From: an uncultured virus (IMG/VR IMGVR_UViG_3300030118_004714)
Lineage: Duplodnaviria; Heunggongvirae; Uroviricota; Caudoviricetes
Length of the DNA stretch: 20,000 nt
Strand: one strand, 5' to 3'
IMG/VR virus record: IMGVR_UViG_3300030118_004714
The position numbers and the translations under genes were made by a program. The notes beneath the pieces are model-generated. The model was not told where the DNA came from. It saw only the letters and a program-made list of their open reading frames with translations, and did no database searches. Positions within the stretch are counted from its first letter, which is position 1, and each line of letters begins with the position of its first letter. This document shows positions 1-6,719 of the stretch, one piece after another.

Positions 1-189
1 TATTCAGAAAGAGCAGAAAGAGGAGTTAGAATTACAGACAAAAATAAAAATATTCCCATGCCAAAATACATTACTGTTTTAGAAGAGGCTCTTATGAAAC
101 TCGGCTATAATTTGCCAAAAGAGAAAAGAGCAGGAACTCATAGATATGCCGATGTTAATGAGTTTAGGGAAATTAGACAGTATAGGTGA
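1..189 (+). CDS. Partial hypothetical protein (3' end)
   Basis: Frame +1 is open from base 1 (YSERAERGVRITDKNK...FREIRQYR) to TGA at 187-189; the start lies upstream of the window. Confidence 0.7.
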   Translation, partial: YSERAERGVRITDKNKNIPMPKYITVLEEALMKLGYNLPKEKRAGTHRYADVNEFREIRQYR

Positions 190-213
190 AAAAAAATTCC
201 GCCAATTTTTTTT
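189..213. terminator. Perfect A8TT-CCGCC-AAT8 inverted repeat; possible terminator or other cis element
   Basis: aaaaaaaatt (189-198), loop ccgcc, aatttttttt (204-213), directly after a stop codon and ending in an oligo-T run. Confidence 0.4.
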
Positions 214-233
214 GAGAAACTTTAGGTGATATT

Positions 234-887
234 ATGTGGAAAGACACAATCAGAAAGAAAGAAGAAGAAAAATTTTCAACTATGCCCAAAAACTTAATGT
301 TTGAATGGGAATGGAGAAAAAAGACAAATCCAGACTTTGATTATGGCCCAGAGTTGGAGCAAAACTCATGGAGCCAAGATGTTAGCACTCTTTTCGTTGC
401 TGGTAGGGCCAGACAATTAGATATTCAAAAAGGAATAAACGCACTAAAAGAAATGGACATTAAATGCTTTGTTGCTGACTTAATCAACGAAAATACTTCG
501 GACGATTTCACGGGGCATTTGCATTTTGGTGTAGCGGTAAAGGCTACTTCAGGAGCAAAAGAAGTTATTCTCTACTTTGACACCGATACTGAAGCATATT
601 GGGTAGGCGGAGATTATCCTGAAATTGAAAACATTCATCTGCCTTTTGAATTAACCAATCCTAGGGCTTTTAGTGCCATAGTGATGAACAGATTGGGGTT
701 CAATGTCGGGGTTAAAGAGGATGATAGATACGACAAAGAAGCCGAAAAAGAACTTTATAGAAAACTTAGGGCAGAAGAAATCACTTATGACCAGTTCGTT
801 TATGGAATGCAGGATTTAGGCATCGCTATGGATAGAGGTTATTCTGATACTCAGCAAAGAGCCGCAGAACGAGGCTATTACTTTTGA
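234..887 (+). CDS. Hypothetical acidic protein with N-terminal WxxILK-like motif (MWKDTIRK)
   Basis: 217-aa ORF; AGGTGA RBS 4 nt before ATG. Confidence 0.8.
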   Translation: MWKDTIRKKEEEKFSTMPKNLMFEWEWRKKTNPDFDYGPELEQNSWSQDVSTLFVAGRARQLDIQKGINALKEMDIKCFVADLINENTSDDFTGHLHFGVAVKATSGAKEVILYFDTDTEAYWVGGDYPEIENIHLPFELTNPRAFSAIVMNRLGFNVGVKEDDRYDKEAEKELYRKLRAEEITYDQFVYGMQDLGIAMDRGYSDTQQRAAERGYYF

Positions 888-896
888 GGCGATATT

Positions 897-1286
897 ATGT
901 GGAAAGACATCCTAAAACAAGACAATAAACGATTTGATGATGAAAGAGAAGATTTAGAAATTAAATTAGAACAATTAGTTGAAGATTGGGGAAAAAGTCA
1001 AGATATTAGCGACTTTGAATACTTTGCTGATTATAACGGCCCGAATCTTGATGGAGTTGAAATTGATGTCACTTTTGAAGATATGTATGAAGGTGAAGAA
1101 GATTTATCCCAAGAAGAAAAATTAGAAGAAGATGTTGGTTATTACCGAATAGATTTCCGTAGCACAAAATATGAAGAATTTGCTATGGGTGATTATACTT
1201 ACAATAATGGATTTGAGATGCACGAATTTACTCCTGAAAAATTAGACATTAACGAATTAAAGGAAGCCATAAGGGGATTATCATGA
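897..1286 (+). CDS. Hypothetical highly acidic protein (MWKDILKQ)
   Basis: 129-aa ORF; GAGGCGA RBS; D/E-rich. Confidence 0.8.
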   Translation: MWKDILKQDNKRFDDEREDLEIKLEQLVEDWGKSQDISDFEYFADYNGPNLDGVEIDVTFEDMYEGEEDLSQEEKLEEDVGYYRIDFRSTKYEEFAMGDYTYNNGFEMHEFTPEKLDINELKEAIRGLS

Positions 1287-1525
1287 CATGGAAGGACAAA
1301 CTCAAAAAATATGAAGGCCCAGAATCAGAAAGATACAGAACTCTTGGTTCAGCATATAATCCTGACCCTGATGAAGAAGATAGATATGAAGAAATGGTGG
1401 AAGATATTTGCATTAGATGTGGTAAGAAATTAAAGGAAAATGAAGGATTTACTGATACCCGACTTGGAAGACAATATGATAATATTTGCGATGCCTGTAA
1501 GAGAAAAAATCCGAATGACCCTTAA
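1283..1525 (+). CDS. Small Zn-ribbon protein (MTWKDKLKK)
   Basis: CIRC...CDAC pairs; ATGA overlap with the upstream gene. Confidence 0.75.
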   Translation: MTWKDKLKKYEGPESERYRTLGSAYNPDPDEEDRYEEMVEDICIRCGKKLKENEGFTDTRLGRQYDNICDACKRKNPNDP

Positions 1526-1534
1526 GGTGATATT

Positions 1535-1732
1535 ATGTGGAAAGATGAAATCAAGAAAAGAGAAATGGCTGAATTAATGTCTTTAATTAAACAAGCAATG
1601 GATATTGCAATTAAAGAGGGCGAATCTGCGATTGGTGCAGATTTGGCTAAAATACTTCGTGCAGTTAAGAGAAAGGACGAATCTTCTAGGCTCTATACTG
1701 GAAGAAGGGTTCAATTTGGAGATGACCATTGA
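1535..1732 (+). CDS. Small hypothetical protein (MWKDEIKK)
   Basis: 65-aa ORF; AGGTGATATT-ATG start context identical to that at 224-236. Confidence 0.75.
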   Translation: MWKDEIKKREMAELMSLIKQAMDIAIKEGESAIGADLAKILRAVKRKDESSRLYTGRRVQFGDDH

Positions 1733-1995
1733 TGAGCGATTGGCGGGAACAACTCAAAAGAAATTATAATTTTAGCAAAACTATGATTTCAGACCTTTAC
1801 GAGATTTTAAGATATAATCCTAATTTGCCACTTCAATCAATTGTAGATGCATTAGGAAAAAGAGGACATCGGAGAGCATCTAAAAAGAATACTAGACAAT
1901 ATATGGAAAAAGACCCCAATATTAAATCAGTAATTGATACAAAAAGTTTTTCACATAGGCCAACTGTTTATTATTTAAAGGAGGAGAAAGCATGA
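1732..1995 (+). CDS. Small basic protein, possible winged helix-turn-helix (MSDWREQLKR)
   Basis: TGATG overlap gives ATG at 1732. The pattern LYEILRYNPNLPLQSIVDAL...KKNTRQYM...TVYYL resembles a wHTH (inference). Confidence 0.65.
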   Translation: MSDWREQLKRNYNFSKTMISDLYEILRYNPNLPLQSIVDALGKRGHRRASKKNTRQYMEKDPNIKSVIDTKSFSHRPTVYYLKEEKA

Positions 1996-2138
1996 ATTGG
2001 AAAAGAATACTGAAGACAGAAAAGAAACAATTTGAAAAGAAAGGCGGAAAGCCAGACTTTTTGGATTTGGATAAGGACGGGAATAAAACCGAGCCTATGA
2101 AGGAAGCGGCAAAGGACGCTAAGAAAGGGAAGGAATGA
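1992..2138 (+). CDS. 48-aa protein with DxDxDG (EF-hand-like) motif; not in ORF track
   Basis: Translated by hand: MNWKRILKTEKKQFEKKGGKPDFLDLDKDGNKTEPMKEAAKDAKKGKE; GAGGAG RBS; ATGA overlap. Confidence 0.8.
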   Translation: MNWKRILKTEKKQFEKKGGKPDFLDLDKDGNKTEPMKEAAKDAKKGKE

Positions 2139-2140
2139 AC

Positions 2141-2251
2141 ATGACCCGATGCCGCTACCTTGACCGTTGGTTTGATGAAGAGTCAAAGAAAGTTGATAAG
2201 GCAGAGGCCAAAACCAAGAAGTGTTTCGCTACTGGGGGGAAGAAGAAATGA
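2141..2251 (+). CDS. 36-aa hypothetical protein; not in ORF track
   Basis: MTRCRYLDRWFDEESKKVDKAEAKTKKCFATGGKKK (alternative ATG at 2135). It fills the gap exactly and its stop overlaps the next ATG (ATGA at 2248-2251). Confidence 0.6.
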   Translation: MTRCRYLDRWFDEESKKVDKAEAKTKKCFATGGKKK

Positions 2252-3009
2252 GTTGGTGGAGTATTCTTAAACAGATGGACTATAACAAACTAAGTCCTGA
2301 GAAAAAGGAATTGATTAAGAGAGAAATGCTTAACGATGTTGGCTTTGATTTAGATATTGAAGATTTTACTTCCGATTTTCCTATCTATTCTACGAATATG
2401 TATTATTCGGATATTGATAAAGAATATCAAGTGGGATTTCCTGACTATTTTAGATTTGCCGCTATTGGTGATTTAGATATTAGAGATGAAACTCTTATGG
2501 GGCATATTGATTTCTTTATTGAGAACAGTAAAGACGAAGATGAATCATATTTTATTGGCTACATGGATGTTGATGAAGATTTAGATGATGAAGCGATGGA
2601 ATTTTTAGACAAATATGGTGAAGACTTAGATACCTTACGAGACTTGATGTTATTACCAGATTTCCAAGAAGAAACTCGTTTAATGTTTGTTTTTAGTAGA
2701 GAACCCGACTACAATAAATTAGTAGGATATTTGAAAGAGTCGGGCAAATGGGAAAGAGAAGATTTAGCGGAACGCATCGGTGAAGAAACGGGAAATAAAA
2801 GAGGGATGCAAAATAGAGAAATTGTGGAAGCATTAGATGATTTCCAAACACAATATTATGAAAATGAATATGTTGACCCAGAAACTAATCAAGAATTAGA
2901 AGCCCTTACTGTTGCTATAAGTAATGGGGACACTAAAAATTTAGAAAGAAGATTTCCAGAGGCTTATTTAATTTTTGGTGAAGCCGACCTTTTGGGTGAT
3001 TTAGAGTGA
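2248..3009 (+). CDS. Hypothetical acidic protein (MSWWSILKQ)
   Basis: Start moved from 2221 to ATG 2248 because of the ATGA overlap and the motif position; 253 aa, D/E-rich. Confidence 0.8.
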   Translation: MSWWSILKQMDYNKLSPEKKELIKREMLNDVGFDLDIEDFTSDFPIYSTNMYYSDIDKEYQVGFPDYFRFAAIGDLDIRDETLMGHIDFFIENSKDEDESYFIGYMDVDEDLDDEAMEFLDKYGEDLDTLRDLMLLPDFQEETRLMFVFSREPDYNKLVGYLKESGKWEREDLAERIGEETGNKRGMQNREIVEALDDFQTQYYENEYVDPETNQELEALTVAISNGDTKNLERRFPEAYLIFGEADLLGDLE

Positions 3010-3194
3010 ACTGGAAAGACATTCTCAAGTATTGCGAATATCATAGAAACCCGCCCGAACCAATTCCTGCAAAAGAAGAAGAAAAGATGGTTGGAGCAAT
3101 CACAACAGCAACACCAAACATCACCCGTGTAGCATTTTCACAAAGGAGGAAGAAGCGTGGTAAAGAAGACGAAAAAGAATCAAAGAAAGATTAA
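3006..3194 (+). CDS. Small hypothetical protein (MNWKDILKY)
   Basis: GTG start in a GTGA overlap; GGTGA RBS; basic C-terminus. Confidence 0.7.
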   Translation: MNWKDILKYCEYHRNPPEPIPAKEEEKMVGAITTATPNITRVAFSQRRKKRGKEDEKESKKD

Positions 3195-4725
3195 TGGAAA
3201 TACCTTTACACAGCAATTTGAAAACATTCAATTTGTTAAAGATTATAAAGCATGGAAAGATAATTGCGAGGGCGTTAGCGGAGAGGCCATGGGTGTAGAA
3301 AATATTCCTACTCTTTGGGACTTTTTAGATAAACACATTATTGCACCGTTTGTTCGTGATGAATCAGTCAATTCGGGAAAAGACGATGGAAGTGAGGGTG
3401 CTTTAACTGTTCTTGATGGAATAGAAAGTATCATGGAAGGAGAGGTTATTGAAGACGGCGAGATTGATGACCTTCAAAAATTGTATGATTATTTAAGAGA
3501 AATTGAAGATAACAAAGGGCCGGGCGATTTACAGTTAGACCCAAAAAGAATTTTCTTTACTGACAGAGTTTATGATGATGATGGCAAAGTTGTTGGAACC
3601 GAAGATGTTTTTGGGCATTATAAAACAAAAAATTATGTTAAAGGAAGAAAACTTAAAAATAAAGATTATGCAGGGGAGGCTGTTGATGAGGGGTGGTATT
3701 CGGGAACTGGGAACCCTCCAAGTTTTGCTTTGTTCGGGGGAAATGCTACATTTGCTAAACCAAAAGGTTTAGTACAGATTTTAGATGATGCTTTGAAAGC
3801 CCTCAAGCCATCCAAAGGAAAACCTGCTAAAACACAAATTGATGTTGAAATTGTTAATTTATCAGGTAGAAACGCAATTAATAAATTAGCGGGTGTGGCT
3901 TCGGTAGAAAGATATTTTGACAAGGCAATTAACAATCAAATGTTTTGGGCAGAAAAAAGTGGAAAACTTTTGGTAAATAAATTATTAGCAGATGTTAAAA
4001 CAAAACAGTTTGAAGTTTCCCCTAAAGAAGAGAATGCAGTAAAAGAGGCGGCGGGGGCAGGGGATAAAACCCCGGCTGGAAGAATTAAGACTTTTAAAAT
4101 AAATAGCACAGGAACACCCATTATTCGTTTTATTCAGGCCGCATTACAAAGAGCGAACAAAAAGAAGGCTCCCGATGGTTATAGGGCTTGGACATCGGGG
4201 AAGCAGTTTGATTATCGTAAAACCGCAAAAGAGGTCTTTGGTGAAGACACCGGAAGATATGCCCCTGATGCAAAAGTCATTTCAAAGAGTTGGGCAGAGA
4301 TTCTTAAGCAGGGATTTACCGACCAAGAAATAGATGCCCTTCTTAATGGCATGGCTGACCACATGGAAATGATTACTGAAAAAATGTTCATGGATGGGTA
4401 TAAATCGGGATTTTATGATTTTGATAATTTTTGGGTTGATATTGAGGATAGAACTTTTTCTAGGGCAAAAGGCCCGGCTTTTAACTATACATTTGCATAT
4501 AGAAAACCTCCCGATTATGTTCCGTCCGGGGACACATTAATATTTGCAGAAGTTTTAATCGCTGGAACAGAAGATGGAAAGATAAATGATGTTTTCTTTA
4601 ACACAAGTGATTCTAAACAACAAATTAAAGATAGTTTTACTTTTATGCGATTACCAAACATTAGAAGTATAATGAGAAGATGGGCGAGAGAATTATCCGA
4701 ATTCAAGAGAAAAATTATGGGGTGA
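3157..4725 (+). CDS. Hypothetical 522-aa protein, probable virion-associated, with internal SWAEILK motif and appended C-terminal domain
   Basis: Long ORF; GGAGG upstream of GTG; no recognisable catalytic motif. Confidence 0.75.
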   Translation: MVKKTKKNQRKINGNTFTQQFENIQFVKDYKAWKDNCEGVSGEAMGVENIPTLWDFLDKHIIAPFVRDESVNSGKDDGSEGALTVLDGIESIMEGEVIEDGEIDDLQKLYDYLREIEDNKGPGDLQLDPKRIFFTDRVYDDDGKVVGTEDVFGHYKTKNYVKGRKLKNKDYAGEAVDEGWYSGTGNPPSFALFGGNATFAKPKGLVQILDDALKALKPSKGKPAKTQIDVEIVNLSGRNAINKLAGVASVERYFDKAINNQMFWAEKSGKLLVNKLLADVKTKQFEVSPKEENAVKEAAGAGDKTPAGRIKTFKINSTGTPIIRFIQAALQRANKKKAPDGYRAWTSGKQFDYRKTAKEVFGEDTGRYAPDAKVISKSWAEILKQGFTDQEIDALLNGMADHMEMITEKMFMDGYKSGFYDFDNFWVDIEDRTFSRAKGPAFNYTFAYRKPPDYVPSGDTLIFAEVLIAGTEDGKINDVFFNTSDSKQQIKDSFTFMRLPNIRSIMRRWARELSEFKRKIMG

Positions 4726-4729
4726 TATT

Positions 4730-5395
4730 ATGGCCGTTAATCGCAAGCGTTGTGGTTTTTGCCAGCATGAAAATCGTGCTGAATTAGAACAGGCTCTTGA
4801 GTCAAGAGCCATTACTTGCGATGATTTGGATATGCAGAACGGATGGAGAAGCGGAACGGCGGCTCAACATCAACGAAACCACATGGGCGATTTTGAAATG
4901 TCGTCAAACCCAAAGTGTGCCATCTGTATTGACCCTATGAGGAAGCATTATGAAGCGGCCCTTCATGGTGGAGACATTACTTCGGAGGCTATCGCTCAAG
5001 CACTTGATACCACGAAAGCGCAAGTGCAACGCCACATGAAGCACCACTTGACACCGATTGTTCAAGAGAATGCGGCCATGATGATTGCGAAAAAGGAAGT
5101 TAATGAGGTTGAAATGCTCGCAAATAATGTTCAGCGTTTAGACCATCGTTTAGACCAAGTGTTCAATGAATTAGGCAACGATTTAGACCCAAAGATGATT
5201 GATGCGCTTACTAAGTTAGCCAGAGAAATTCGTGAGTCTTTGAAGTATATGATGGAATTCAAGGGTAAATTGATTCATAAGAGACAGGACACAATTATTG
5301 TCGCACAGATGCAGATTGTTCAAGAAGTGCTTGCACAGAACAATCCTGAGATTTGGTTGGATATTAAAAGTAAAATGCAGGAGAGATTACAATGA
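4730..5395 (+). CDS. Tandem Zn-finger/HTH protein; candidate terminase small subunit
   Basis: Two repeats of CxxC...HTH...HxxxH (CGFC...HQRNH; CAIC...IAQALDTTKAQVQRHMKHH) followed by a helical-hairpin/coiled-coil region. GGTGATATT-ATG start. The TerS assignment is inference from architecture and context. Confidence 0.5.
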   Translation: MAVNRKRCGFCQHENRAELEQALESRAITCDDLDMQNGWRSGTAAQHQRNHMGDFEMSSNPKCAICIDPMRKHYEAALHGGDITSEAIAQALDTTKAQVQRHMKHHLTPIVQENAAMMIAKKEVNEVEMLANNVQRLDHRLDQVFNELGNDLDPKMIDALTKLAREIRESLKYMMEFKGKLIHKRQDTIIVAQMQIVQEVLAQNNPEIWLDIKSKMQERLQ

Positions 5396-5854
5396 GTTGG
5401 AAAGAAGTAGTAAAAGCAAAAGGAATGTCAAATGTTAAGTTTGACGACAAATCAATGTATGAAATTGCCCAAGCAGTAGCGAAAGATTTGAACCTTATTG
5501 GGGAAGATAACTACGAAAAAAGATTTGAACTAAGTATGGATGATTTTGACATTGATATTGAAGTTAGTAATGTGGAGCAAAAAGTGTATGATAGTAGATT
5601 TCCCTCTGAAACATTTGCTATTAGGGTTAAACCCGAAGGGAAAATAGAACTTTATGATAATGAATTAGACAATGTAGTTAAAACCTTCAAAGGAGAAGAT
5701 ATTATTATTGATTTGGACGGGAGTAAGCCTGAATCTATGGAAAGCAAAAGTGGTGCTTTTTTATTCACGACCACTTATCAACTTGGCGACTACGACGACG
5801 GAAAAATAATTGTTTATGTTGATATTTGATGCAGGAGAGATTACAATGAGTTGG
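5375..5854 (+). repeat. 26-bp perfect direct repeat ATGCAGGAGAGATTACAATGAGTTGG at 5375-5400 and 5829-5854; 20-bp partial third copy at 6320-6339
   Basis: Read directly from the sequence; the two full copies flank exactly one gene. Confidence 0.9.
5392..5829 (+). CDS. Hypothetical acidic beta-rich protein (MSWKEVVKA)
   Basis: 145-aa ORF; ATGA overlap; flanked by the 26-bp direct repeat. Confidence 0.8.
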   Translation: MSWKEVVKAKGMSNVKFDDKSMYEIAQAVAKDLNLIGEDNYEKRFELSMDDFDIDIEVSNVEQKVYDSRFPSETFAIRVKPEGKIELYDNELDNVVKTFKGEDIIIDLDGSKPESMESKSGAFLFTTTYQLGDYDDGKIIVYVDI

Positions 5855-6100
5855 GAAGACATAATCAAAGGCGAAAGAGAATATTCGTTTTATTTAAGAC
5901 AAATTGAAAAAGTACAAGACTTGATGGATAGGTTGTATGAGGATATTGAAAAAGCGGCGGTTAAGATGAATAAAGAAACTGGCTATCCCTTAGAAGACGC
6001 GAGAAAAATGATTAAAGGTATGCAGTACGAAACCATCAAAGCGGCTGAAGAAACTTTAGAAGAATTTAAAAAGAAACTACAGGATTCTATGAGGGATTAG
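5846..6100 (+). CDS. Small helical protein (MSWEDIIKG)
   Basis: Start moved to ATG 5846 (GGAG RBS, same context as 5392); 84 aa. Confidence 0.75.
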   Translation: MSWEDIIKGEREYSFYLRQIEKVQDLMDRLYEDIEKAAVKMNKETGYPLEDARKMIKGMQYETIKAAEETLEEFKKKLQDSMRD

Positions 6101-6101
6101 C

Positions 6102-6320
6102 ATGAGTTATATGGATAGAATAGAAAAACTTATATCAGATTCGGGAAGAGCATCTTTAACTTTGGGCAATGTTCTAATAGCAGCATACAATGTTGCTAAA
6201 GAAAACGAAGATAAAATGCTTGCTAAAATGTTGATAGAGGTTTTAGGTAAAAAAAATGATTTTGATAAGACAATGATAAAATTAATAGAGTATTTAGAGA
6301 AGCGAAAAGATATGGAGTAA
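6102..6320 (+). CDS. Small helical hypothetical protein
   Basis: 72-aa ORF tightly packed between neighbours; GAGG upstream. Confidence 0.7.
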   Translation: MSYMDRIEKLISDSGRASLTLGNVLIAAYNVAKENEDKMLAKMLIEVLGKKNDFDKTMIKLIEYLEKRKDME

Positions 6321-6325
6321 TTACA

Positions 6326-6715
6326 ATGAGTTGGAAAGACATCTTGAAAAGAGATATTAGTTTTAATCCCGATGAGGCTTGTTGTATGGAATTAAAGCGA
6401 GGGTATAGTGAATTGATGCGAGATTTACAAGAACATTATGACCGAAAAGGAATTAAGTCAAATGTTGCGGCCATGTCCCGAAGAAGAATGAATGAACCCT
6501 GTAAAGTGTTGGTGGACGACTTACAATCCTTTTATGCCGAGAAAGGAAAAGAAGGCTCCAATGCTCCTAATTGGGTATATTATAGAATTAGTGAAATTTT
6601 AGATGACTATGGAGAGTGTCAGCAAGAAGGGGAAATGTTAAGAGAAATGTCATACCGAGAAACTGCGCCGGTTTATGTTGCTCGCCCCCCAAAATCCCGT
6701 TTCTTCAGAAGGTGA
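6326..6715 (+). CDS. Hypothetical Cys-containing protein (MSWKDILKR)
   Basis: 129-aa ORF with CC...C...C; GGAG RBS. Confidence 0.8.
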   Translation: MSWKDILKRDISFNPDEACCMELKRGYSELMRDLQEHYDRKGIKSNVAAMSRRRMNEPCKVLVDDLQSFYAEKGKEGSNAPNWVYYRISEILDDYGECQQEGEMLREMSYRETAPVYVARPPKSRFFRR

Positions 6716-6719
6716 AAAT

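Larger units (their letters stand above)
224..1545 (+). repeat. Dispersed 21-23 bp repeat AGG(T/C)GATATTATGTGGAAAGA at 224, 887 and 1525
   Basis: Read directly; each copy covers RBS + start + first codons of a gene. Confidence 0.85.

Noticed and set aside
3572..3772. Nested + strand ORF MMMMAKLL (likewise 10500-10691)
   Set aside because: Out of frame inside long genes, with no RBS; it arises from GAT-GAT codon runs.
6102..6128. MSYMDRIEK (also SWKKEITK in the 12151 ORF and HYDIFK at 18238) as further tag copies
   Set aside because: They lack Trp or have different W-to-K spacing, so they are too degenerate to count.
224..6339. Repeats as a CRISPR array or integron attC sites
   Set aside because: Spacing is gene-sized and irregular, the repeats are non-palindromic and overlap start codons, and no cas or integrase gene is in the window.
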